The notes beneath the pieces are model-generated. The model saw nothing but the letters and a program-made list of their open reading frames with translations. It was not told where the DNA came from and made no database searches. DNA of 64,000 nucleotides from Macrostomum lignano (Eukaryota). The stretch is from assembly GCA_002269645.1 (NCBI GenBank), contig NIVC01002476.1:1-64000 (forward strand). The letters are read 5' to 3'. Within the stretch, counting starts at the first letter, position 1, and each line of letters opens with the position of its first letter. Both the position numbers and the translations under genes were made by a program. Positions 11,459-23,400 of this stretch are shown here, piece after piece.

Positions 11459-14400
11459 CAATCCGATGCGCCACTGCCCAGCTAAAGGCGGACATTCGCA
11501 TTCCAAACGTGGAACCGTACGACTCGCAGATCACGGCGAGTCACTTCAATTACAGCCAGCGCTTCTATGTCACCTGCAACAGGGGCTACGTGTCTTACAA
11601 GAACACCAGCTCAATCACGAGTCCAGTGGAGTGCGGTCAGAACTACATGGATCCCACACTGGGAGAATGGGTGCCCTTCGATCTGAATACGTGTCAAGGT
11701 AAGTGTTTGATTTTATCCTGAGCTTACAATATCTTGATTTAGGCAAGAAGCATGGCTTGATGATTCATAATGATTTGATAACTGGACTAATTGAGTGACT
11801 GGATGATGGGATTGCTAAATGATTAAATAGTTGAATTCATTAAACATTGATCTTCGTGATTGAATGATTAAATGATTGAATGACTGAATGACTATGACTG
11901 AGTGACTGAATGACTGAATGACTGAATTGTATGAATGGCTGACTAAAATGGCTCACACACCGATGCTACCAGTTATTCACAACCCTGACAACGTCATAAA
12001 GCAGCTCATAAATCACTGACATCGTGCACTGTTTGTTCATTCTGTGCAGCGGTGAAGTGCCCAGACATCAGCGACTACATCAACACGGAGCAGGCCGTGG
12101 CGTACAAAGCTGACAACCGGATCAATCAGAAGCAGTACTCAGAATTTCAAAGCAGCAGCTATCCATATTATCCTAATCGGGTGTACATCAAGTGCTCAAC
12201 GCCCGGTTATTTCTTTGACGACCGACAATTTGAGAAGACAATCGGCTGCGATTTACTCAATGGCAGTTTGTTTGAAGGCGCTTGGACTGGCGTGCTGGGA
12301 ACCAAGTTGTCGCTGCTGAAGTCTGCTCAGTGCATTGGTGAGTTGCCGATGTAGTTTTCCCTAGTGGGTTTCCTAATGTAGCTTGTGGTTTCCTAATGTG
12401 GCTTGTGGTTTCCTAATGTAGCTTGTGGTTTCCTAATGTGGCTTGTGGTTTCCTAATATAGCTTGTGGTTTCCTAATGTAGATTGTGGTTTCCTAATGTA
12501 GATTGTGGTTTCCTAATGTGGCTTGTGGTTTCCTAATATAGCTTGTGGTTTCCTAATGTAGCTTGTGGTTTCCTAATGTAGATTGTGGTTTCCTAATGTA
12601 GCTTGTGGTTTCCTAATGTAGCTTGTGGTTTCCTAATGTGGCTTGTGGTTTCCTAATGTAGCTTGTGGTTTCCTAATGTAGCTTGTGGTTTCCTAATGCA
12701 GCTTGTGGTTTCCTAATGTAGCTTGTGGTTTCCTAATGTAGCTTGTGGTTTCCTAATGTAGATTGTGGTTTCCTAATGTAGATTGTGGTTTCCTAATGTA
12801 GCTTGTGGTTTCCTAATATAGCTTGTGGTTTCCTAATGTAGCTTGTGGTTTCCTAATGTAGATTGTGGTTTCCTAATGTAGCACGTGGTTTCCTAATGTA
12901 GCTTGTGGTTTCCTAATGTAGATTGTGGTTTCCTAATGTAGCACGTGGTTTCCTAATGTAGCTTGTGGTTTCCTAATATAGCTTGTGGTTTCCTAATGTA
13001 GCTTGTGGTTTCCTAACGTAGCTTGTGGTGTCCTAATGTAGCTTGTGATTTCCTAATGTAGCTTGTGGTTTCCTAATGTAGATTGTGGTTTCCTAATGTA
13101 GCACGTGGTTTCCTAATGTAGCTTGTGGTTTCCTAATGTAGCTTGTGGTTTCCTAATGTAGCTTGTGGTTTCCTAATGTAGCTTGTGGTTTCCTAATGTG
13201 GCTTGTGGTTTCCTAATGTGGCTTGTGGTTTCCTAATGTGGCTTGTGGTTTCCTAATGTAGCTTGTGGTTTCCTAATATAGCTTGTGGTTTCCTAATGTA
13301 GCTTGTGGTTTCCTAATGTAGCTGGTGGTTTCCTAACGTAGCTTGTGGTTTCCTAATGTAGCTTGTGGTTTCCTAATGTAGCTTGTGGTTTCCTAATGTA
13401 GCTTGTGGTTTCCTAATGTGGCTTGTGGTTTCCTAATGTGGCTTGTGGTTTCCTAATATAGCTTGTGGTTTCCTAATGTAGCTTGTGGTTTCCTAATGTA
13501 GCTTGTGGTTTCCTAATGTAGCTTGTGGTTTCCTAATATAGCTTGTGGTTTCCTAATGTAGCTTGTGGTTTCCTAATATAGCTTGTGGTTTCCTAATGTA
13601 GCTTGTGGTTTCCTAATGTGGCTTGTGGTTTCCTAATGTAGCTTGTGGTTTCCTAATGTAGCTGGTGGTTTCCTAATGTGGCTTGTGGTTTCCTAATGTG
13701 GCTTGTGGTTTCCTAATGTAGCTTGTGGTTTCCTAATGTGGCTTGTGGTTTCCTAATGTAGCTTGTGGTTTCCTAATGTAGCTTGTGGTTTCCTAATGTA
13801 GCTTGTGGTTTCCTAATGTAGCTTGTGGTTTCCTAATGTAGCTTGTGGTTTCCTAATGTAGCTTGTGGTTTCCTAATGTAGCTTGTGGTTTCCTAATGTG
13901 GCTTGTGGTTTCCTAATGTAGCTTGTGGTTTCCTAACGTAGCTTGTGGTTTCCTAATGTAGCTTGTGGTTTCCTAATGTAGCTTGTGATTTCCTAATGTA
14001 GCTTGTGGTTTCCTAATGTAGCTTGTGGTTTCCTAATGTATCTTGTGGTTTCCTAATGTGGCTTGTGGTTTCCTAATGTAGCTTGTGGTTTCCTAATGTA
14101 GCTTGTGGTTTCCTAATATAGATTGTGGTTTCCTAATGTGGCTTGTGGTTTCCTAATGTAGCTTGTGGTTTCCTAATGTGGCTTGTGGTTTCCTAATGTG
14201 GCTTGTGGTTTCCTAATGTAGCTTGTGGTTTCCTAATGTAGCTTGTGGTTTCCTAATGTAGCTTGTGGTTTCCTAATGTGGCTTGTGGTTTCCTAATGTG
14301 GCTTGTGGTTTCCTAATGTAGCTTGTGGTTTCCTAATGTGGCTTGTGGTTTCCTAATGTGGCTTGTGGTTTCCTAATGTAGCTTGTGGTTTCCTAATGTG

Positions 14401-17400
14401 GCTTGTGGTTTCCTAATGTAGCTTGTGGTTTCCTAATGTAGCTTGTGGTTTCCTAATGTAGCTGTGGTTTCCTAATGTAGCTTGTGGTTTCCTAATGTAG
14501 CTTGTGGTTTCCTAATGTAGCTTGTGGTTTCCTAATGTAGCTTGTGGTTTCCTAATGTAGCTTGTGGTTTCCTAACGTAGCTAGTGGGTTTCCTAATGTA
14601 GCTTGTGGTTTCCTAATGTAGCTTGTGGTTTCCTAATGTAGCTTGTGGTTTCCTAATGTAGCTTGTGGTTTCCTAATGTAGCTTGTGGTTTCCTAATGTG
14701 GCTTGTGGTTTCCTAATGTAGCTTGTGGTTTCCTAACGTAGCTTGTGGTTTCCTAATGTAGCTTGTGGTTTCCTAATGTAGCTTGTGGTTTCCTAACGTA
14801 GCTTGTGGTTTCCTAATGTGGCTTGTGGTTTCCTAATGTAGCTTGTGGTTTCCTAACGTAGCTTGTGGTGTCCTAATGTAGCTTGTGATTTCCTAATGTA
14901 GCTTGTGGTTTCCTAATGTAGCTTGTGGTTTCCTAATGTAGCTTGTGGTTTCCTAATGTGGCTTGTGGTTTCCTAATGTGGCTTGTGGTTTCCTAATGTA
15001 GCTTGTGGTTTCCTAATGTAGCTTGTGGTTTCCTAATGTAGCTTGTGGTTTCCTAACGTAGCTTGTGGTTTCCTAATGTGGCTTGTGGTTTCCTAATGTA
15101 GCTTGTGGTTTCCTAACGTAGCTTGTGGTGTCCTAATGTAGCTTGTGATTTCCTAATGTAGCTTGTGGTTTCCTAATGTAGCTTGTGGTTTCCTAATGTA
15201 TCTTGTGGTTTCCTAATGTGGCTTGTGGTTTCCTAATGTAGCTTGTGGTTTCCTAATGTAGCTTGTGGTTTCCTAATATAGATTGTGGTTTCCTAATGTA
15301 GCTTGTGGTTTCCTAATGTAGCTTGTGGTTTCCTAATGTGGCTTGTGGTTTCCTAATGTGGCTTGTGGTTTCCTAATGTGGCTTGTGGTTTCCTAATGTA
15401 GCTTGTGGTTTCCTAATGTAGCTTGTGGTTTCCTAACCTAGCTTGTGGTTTCCTAATGTGGCTTGTGGTTTCCTAATGTAGCTTGTGGTTTCCTAATGCT
15501 TGTGGTGTCCTAATGTAGCTTGTGGTTTCCTAATGTAGCTTGTGGTTTCCTAATGTAGCTTGTGGTTTCCTAATGTAGCTTGTGGTTTCCTAATGTGGCT
15601 TGTGGTTTCCTAATGTGGCTTGTGGTTTCCTAATGTAGCTTGTGGTTTCCTAATGTAGCTTGTGGTTTCCTAATATAGATTGTGGTTTCCTAATGTAGCT
15701 TGTGGTTTCCTAATGTAGCTTGTGGTTTCCTAATGTAGCTTGTGGTTTCCTAATGTAGCTTGTGGTTTCCTAATGTAGCTTGTGGTTTCCTAATGTAGCT
15801 TGTGGTTTCCTAATGTAGCTTGTGGTTTCCTAATGTAGCTTGTGGTTTCCTAATGTAGCTTGTGGTTTCCTAATGTAGCTTGTGGTTTCCTAATGTAGCT
15901 TGTGGTTTCCTAATGTAGCTTGTGGTTTCCTAATGTGGCTTGTGGTTTCCTAATGTAGCTTGTGGTTTCCTAATGTAGCTTGTGGTTTCCTAATGTAGCT
16001 TGTGGTTTCCTAATGTAGCTTGTGGTTTCCTAACGTAGCTTGTGGTTTCCTAATGTGGCTTGTGGTTTCCTAATGTAGCTTGTGGTTTCCTAACGTAGCT
16101 TGTGGTTTCCTAATGTAGCTTGTGGTTTCCTAATGTAGCTTGTGGTTTCCTAATGTAGCTTGTGGTTTCCTAATGTAGCTTGTGGTTTCCTAATGTAGCT
16201 TGTGGTTTCCTAATGTAGCTTGTGGTTTCCTAATGTAGCTTGTGGTTTCCTAATGTAGCTTGTGGTTTCCTAATGTAGCTTGTGGTTTCCTAATGTAGCT
16301 TGTGGTTTCCTAATGTAGCTTGTGGTTTCCTAATGTAGCTTGTGGTTTCCTAATGTAGCTTGTGGTTTCCTAATGTAGCTTGTGGTTTCCTAATGTGGCT
16401 TGTGGTTTCCTAATGTAGCTTGTGGTTTCCTAATGTGCTTGTGGTTTCCTAATGTGGCTTGTGGTTTCCTAATGTAGCTTGTGGTTTCCTAATGTGGCTT
16501 GTGGTTTCCTAATGTAGCTTGTGGTTTCCTAATGTAGCTTGTGGTTTCCTAATGTAGCTTGTGGTTTCCTAATGTAGCTTGTGGTTTCCTAATGTAGCTT
16601 GTGGTTTCCTAATATAGCTTGTGGTTTCCTAATGTAGCTTGTGGTTTCCTAATGTAGCTTGTGGTTTCCTAATGTAGCTTGTGGTTTCCTAATGTAGCTT
16701 GTGGTTTCCTAATGTAGCTTGTGGTTTCCTAATATAGTTGTGGTTTCCTAATGTAGCTTGTGGTTTCCTAATGTGCTTGTGGTTTCCTAATGTAGCTTGT
16801 GGTTTCCTAATGTAGCTTGTGGTTTCCTAATGTAGCTTGTGGTTTCCTAATGTAGCTTGTGGTTTCCTAATGTAGCTTGTGGTTTCCTAATGTAGCTTGT
16901 GGTTTCCTAATGTAGCTTGTGGTTTCCTAATGTAGCTTGTGGTTTCCTAATGTAGCTTGTGGTTTCCTAATGTAGCTTGTGGTTTCCTAATGTAGCTTGT
17001 GGTTTCCTAATGTAGCTTGTGGTTTCCTAATGTAGCTTGTGGTTTCCTAATGTAGCTTGTGGTTTCCTAATGTAGCTTGTGGTTTCCTAATGTAGCTTGT
17101 GGTTTCCTAATGTAGCTTGTGGTTTCCTAATGTAGCTTGTGGTTTCCTAATGTAGCTTGTGGTTTCCTAATGTGCTTGTGGTTTCCTAATGTGCTTGTGG
17201 TTTCCTAATGTAGCTTGTGGTTTCCTAATGTAGCTTGTGGTTTCCTAATGTAGCTTGTGGTTTCCTAATGTAGCTTGTGGTTTCCTAATGTAGCTTGTGG
17301 TTTCCTAATGTAGCTTGTGGTTTCCTAATGTGGCTTGTGGTTTCCTAATGTAGCTTGTGGTTTCCTAATGTAGCTTGTGGTTTCCTAATGTAGCTTGTGG

Positions 17401-20400
17401 TTTCCTAATGTAGCTTGTGGTTTCCTAATGTAGCTTGTGGTTTCCTAATGTGGCTTGTGGTTTCCTAATGTAGCTTGTGGTTTCCTAATGTAGCTTGTGG
17501 TTTCCTAATGTAGCTTGTGGTTTCCTAATGTAGCTTGTGGTTTCCTAATGTAGCTTGTGGTTTCCTAATGTAGCTTGTGGTTTCCTAATGTGGCTTGTGG
17601 TTTCCTAATGTAGCTTGTGGTTTCCTAATGTAGCTTGTGGTTTCCTAATGTAGCTTGTGGTTTCCTAATGTAGCTTGTGGTTTCCTAATGTAGCTTGTGG
17701 TTTCCTAATGTAGCTTGTGGTTTCCTAATGTAGCTTGTGGTTTCCTAATGTAGCTTGTGGTTTCCTAATGTAGCTTGTGGTTTCCTAATGTAGCTTGTGG
17801 TTTCCTAATGTAGCTTGTGGTTTCCTAATGTAGCTTGTGGTTTCCTAATGTGGCTTGTGGTTTCCTAATGTAGCTTGTGGTTTCCTAATGTAGCTTGTGG
17901 TTTCCTAATGTAGCTTGTGGTTTCCTAATGTAGCTTGTGGTTTCCTAATGTAGCTTGTGGTTTCCTAATGTGGCTTGTGGTTTCCTAATGTGCTTGTGGT
18001 TTCCTAATGTAGCTTGTGGTTTCCTAATGTAGCTTGTGGTTTCCTAATGTAGCTTGTGGTTTCCTAATGTAGCTTGTGGTTTCCTAATGTGCTTGTGGTT
18101 TCCTAATGTAGCTTGTGGTTTCCTAATGTAGCTTGTGGTTTCCTAATGTAGCTTGTGGTTTCCTAATGTAGCTTGTGGTTTCCTAATGTAGCTTGTGGTT
18201 TCCTAATGTAGCTTGTGGTTTCCTAATGTGGCTTGTGGTTTCCTAATGTAGCTTGTGGTTTCCTAATGTAGCTTGTGGTTTCCTAATGTAGCTTGTGGTT
18301 TCCTAATGTAGCTTGTGGTTTCCTAATGTAGCTTGTGGTTTCCTAATGTAGCTTGTGGTTTCCTAATGTAGCTTGTGGTTTCCTAATGTAGCTTGTGGTT
18401 TCCTAATGTAGCTTGTGGTTTCCTAATGTAGCTTGTGGTTTCCTAATGTAGCTTGTGGTTTCCTAATGTAGCTTGTGGTTTCCTAATGTAGCTTGTGGTT
18501 TCCTAATGTAGCTTGTGGTTTCCTAATGTAGCTTGTGGTTTCCTAATGTAGCTTGTGGTTTCCTAATGTAGCTTGTGGTTTCCTAATGTAGCTTGTGGTT
18601 TCCTAATGTAGCTTGTGGTTTCCTAATGTAGCTTGTGGTTTCCTAATGTAGCTTGTGGTTTCCTAATGTAGCTTGTGGTTTCCTAATGTAGCTTGTGGTT
18701 TCCTAATGTAGCTTGTGGTTTCCTAATGTAGCTTGTGGTTTCCTAATGTAGCTTGTGGTTTCCTAATGTAGCTTGTGGTTTCCTAATGTAGCTTGTGGTT
18801 TCCTAATGTAGCTTGTGGTTTCCTAATGTAGCTTGTGGTTTCCTAATGTAGCTTGTGGTTTCCTAATGTAGCTTGTGGTTTCCTAATGTAGCTTGTGGTT
18901 TCCTAATGTAGCTTGTGGTTTCCTAATGTAGCTTGTGGTTTCCTAATGTAGCTTGTGGTTTCCTAATGTAGCTTGTGGTTTCCTAATGTAGCTTGTGGTT
19001 TCCTAATGTAGCTTGTGGTTTCCTAATGTAGCTTGTGGTTTCCTAATGTAGCTTGTGGTTTCCTAATGTAGCTTGTGGTTTCCTAATGTAGCTTGTGGTT
19101 TCCTAATGTAGCTTGTGGTTTCCTAATGTAGCTTGTGGTTTCCTAATGTAGCTTGTGGTTTCCTAATGTAGCTTGTGGTTTCCTAATGTAGCTTGTGGTT
19201 TCCTAATGTAGCTTGTGGTTTCCTAATGTAGCTTGTGGTTTCCTAATGTAGCTTGTGGTTTCCTAATGTAGCTTGTGGTTTCCTAATGTAGCTTGTGGTT
19301 TCCTAATGTAGCTTGTGGTTTCCTAATGTAGCTTGTGGTTTCCTAATGTAGCTTGTGGTTTCCTAATGTAGCTTGTGGTTTCCTAATGTAGCTTGTGGTT
19401 TCCTAATGTAGCTTGTGGTTTCCTAATGTAGCTTGTGGTTTCCTAATGTAGCTTGTGGTTTCCTAATGTAGCTTGTGGTTTCCTAATGTAGCTTGTGGTT
19501 TCCTAATGTAGCTTGTGGTTTCCTAATGTAGCTTGTGGTTTCCTAATGTAGCTTGTGGTTTCCTAATGTAGCTTGTGGTTTCCTAATGTAGCTTGTGGTT
19601 TCCTAATGTAGCTTGTGGTTTCCTAATGTAGCTTGTGGTTTCCTAATGTAGCTTGTGGTTTCCTAATGTAGCTTGTGGTTTCCTAATGTAGCTTGTGGTT
19701 TCCTAATGTAGCTTGTGGTTTCCTAATGTAGCTTGTGGTTTCCTAATGTAGCTTGTGGTTTCCTAATGTAGCTTGTGGTTTCCTAATGTAGCTTGTGGTT
19801 TCCTAATGTAGCTTGTGGTTTCCTAATGTAGCTTGTGGTTTCCTAATGTAGCTTGTGGTTTCCTAATGTAGCTTGTGGTTTCCTAATGTAGCTTGTGGTT
19901 TCCTAATGTAGCTTGTGGTTTCCTAATGTAGCTTGTGGTTTCCTAATGTAGCTTGTGGTTTCCTAATGTAGCTTGTGGTTTCCTAATGTAGCTTGTGGTT
20001 TCCTAATGTAGCTTGTGGTTTCCTAATGTGGCTTGTGGTTTCCTAATGTAGCTTGTGGTTTCCTAATGTAGCTTGTGGTTTCCTAATGTAGCTTGTGGTT
20101 TCCTAATGTAGCTTGTGGTTTCCTAATGTAGCTTGTGGTTTCCTAATGTAGCTTGTGGTTTCCTAATGTAGCTTGTGGTTTCCTAATGTAGCTTGTGGTT
20201 TCCTAATGTAGCTTGTGGTTTCCTAATGTAGCTTGTGGTTTCCTAATGTAGCTTGTGGTTTCCTAATGTAGCTTGTGGTTTCCTAATGTAGCTTGTGGTT
20301 TCCTAATGTAGCTTGTGGTTTCCTAATGTAGCTTGTGGTTTCCTAATGTAGCTTGTGGTTTCCTAATGTAGCTTGTGGTTTCCTAATGTAGCTTGTGGTT

Positions 20401-23400
20401 TCCTAATGTAGCTTGTGGTTTCCTAATGTAGCTTGTGGTTTCCTAATGTAGCTTGTGGTTTCCTAATGTAGCTTGTGGTTTCCTAATGTAGCTTGTGGTT
20501 TCCTAATGTAGCTTGTGGTTTCCTAATGTAGCTTGTGGTTTCCTAATGTAGCTTGTGGTTTCCTAATGTAGCTTGTGGTTTCCTAATGTAGCTTGTGGTT
20601 TCCTAATGTAGCTTGTGGTTTCCTAATGTAGCTTGTGGTTTCCTAATGTAGCTTGTGGTTTCCTAATGTAGCTTGTGGTTTCCTAATGTAGCTTGTGGTT
20701 TCCTAATGTAGCTTGTGGTTTCCTAATGTAGCTTGTGGTTTCCTAATGTAGCTTGTGGTTTCCTAATGTAGCTTGTGGTTTCCTAATGTAGCTTGTGGTT
20801 TCCTAATGTAGCTTGTGGTTTCCTAATGTAGCTTGTGGTTTCCTAATGTAGCTTGTGGTTTCCTAATGTAGCTTGTGGTTTCCTAATGTAGCTTGTGGTT
20901 TCCTAATGTAGCTTGTGGTTTCCTAATGTAGCTTGTGGTTTCCTAATGTAGCTTGTGGTTTCCTAATGTAGCTTGTGGTTTCCTAATGTAGCTTGTGGTT
21001 TCCTAATGTAGCTTGTGGTTTCCTAATGTAGCTTGTGGTTTCCTAATGTAGCTTGTGGTTTCCTAATGTAGCTTGTGGTTTCCTAATGTAGCTTGTGGTT
21101 TCCTAATGTGCTTGTGGTTTCCTAATGTAGCTTGTGGTTTCCTAATGTAGCTTGTGGTTTCCTAATGTAGCTTGTGGTTTCCTAATGTAGCTTGTGGTTT
21201 CCTAATGTAGCTTGTGGTTTCCTAATGTGCTTGTGGTTTCCTAATGTGGCTTGTGGTTTCCTAATGTAGCTTGTGGTTTCCTAATGTAGCTTGTGGTTTC
21301 CTAATGTAGCTTGTGGTTTCCTAATAGCTTGTGGTTTCCTAATGTAGCTTGTGGTTTCCTAATGTAGCTTGTGGTTTCCTAATGTAGCTTGTGGTTTCCT
21401 AATGTAGCTTGTGGTTTCCTAATGTAGCTTGTGGTTTCCTAATGTAGCTTGTGGTTTCCTAATGTAGCTTGTGGTTTCCTAATGTAGCTTGTGGTTTCCT
21501 AATGTAGCTTGTGGTTTCCTAATGTAGCTTGTGGTTTCCTAATGTAGCTTGTGGTTTCCTAATGTAGCTTGTGGTTTCCTAATGTAGCTTGTGGTTTCCT
21601 AATGTAGCTTGTGGTTTCCTAATGTAGCTTGTGGTTTCCTAATGTAGCTTGTGGTTTCCTAATGTAGCTTGTGGTTTCCTAATGTAGCTTGTGGTTTCCT
21701 AATGTAGCTTGTGGTTTCCTAATGTAGCTTGTGGTTTCCTAATGTAGCTTGTGGTTTCCTAATGTAGCTTGTGGTTTCCTAATGTAGCTTGTGGTTTCCT
21801 AATGTAGCTTGTGGTTTCCTAATGTAGCTTGTGGTTTCCTAATGTAGCTTGTGGTTTCCTAATGTAGCTTGTGGTTTCCTAATGTAGCTTGTGGTTTCCT
21901 AATGTAGCTTGTGGTTTCCTAATGTAGCTTGTGGTTTCCTAATGTAGCTTGTGGTTTCCTAATGTAGCTTGTGGTTTCCTAATGTAGCTTGTGGTTTCCT
22001 AATGTAGCTTGTGGTTTCCTAATGTAGCTTGTGGTTTCCTAATGTAGCTTGTGGTTTCCTAATGTAGCTTGTGGTTTCCTAATGTAGCTTGTGGTTTCCT
22101 AATGTAGCTTGTGGTTTCCTAATGTAGCTTGTGGTTTCCTAATGTAGCTTGTGGTTTCCTAATGTAGGCTTGTGGTTTCCTAATGTAGCTTGTGGTTTCC
22201 TAATGTAGCTTGTGGTTTCCTAATGTAGCTTGTGGTTTCCTAATGTAGCTTGTGGTTTCCTAATGTAGCTTGTGGTTTCCTAATGTAGCTTGTGGTTTCC
22301 TAATGTAGATTGTGGTTTCCTAATGTAGCTAGTGGGTTTCCTAATATAGTTGTGGTTTCCTAATGTAGCTTGTGGTTTCCTAATGTGGCTTGTGGTTTCC
22401 TAATGTAGCTTGTGGTTTCCTAATGTAGATTGTGGTTTCCTAATGTAGCTTGTGGTTTCCTAATGTAGCTTGTGGTTTCCTAATGTAGCTTGTGGTTTCC
22501 TAATGTGGCTTGTGGTTTCCTAATGTAGCTTGTGGTTTCCTAATGTAGCTTGTGGTTTCCTAATGTAGCTTGTGGTTTCCTAATGTAGCTTGTGGTTTCC
22601 TAATGTAGCTTGTGGTTTCCTAATGTAGCTTGTGGTTTCCTAATGTAGCTTGTGGTTTCCTAATGTAGCTTGTGGTTTCCTAATGTAGCTTGTGGTTTCC
22701 TAATGTAGCTTGTGGTTTCCTAATATAGCTTGTGGTTTCCTAATGTAGCTTGTGGTTTCCTAATGTAGCTTGTGGTTTCCTAATGTAGCTTGTGGTTTCC
22801 TAATGTAGCTTGTGGTTTCCTAATGTAGCTTGTGGTTTCCTAATGTGGCTTGTGGTTTCCTAATGTAGCTTGTGGTTTCCTAATGTAGCTTGTGGTTTCC
22901 TAATGTGGCTTGTGGTTTCCTAATGTGGCTTGTGGTTTCCTAATGTGGCTTGTGGTTTCCTAACGTAGCTTGTGGTTTCCTAATGTAGCTTGTGGTTTCC
23001 TAATGTAGCTTGTGGTTTCCTAATGTAGCTTGTGGTTTCCTAATGTAGCTTGTGGTTTCCTAATGTGGCTTGTGGTTTCCTAATGTAGCTTGTGGTTTCC
23101 TAACGTAGCTTGTGGTTTCCTAATGTAGCTTGTGGTTTCCTAATGTAGCTTGTGGTTTCCTAACGTAGCTTGTGGTTTCCTAATGTGGCTTGTGGTTTCC
23201 TAATGTAGCTTGTGGTTTCCTAACGTAGCTTGTGGTGTCCTAATGTAGCTTGTGGTTTCCTAATGTAGCTTGTGGTTTCCTAATGTAGCTTGTGGTTTCC
23301 TAATGTAGCTTGTGGTTTCCTAATGTGGCTTGTGGTTTCCTAATGTGCTTGTGGTTTCCTAATGTAGCTTGTGGTTTCCTAATGTAGCTTGTGGTTTCCT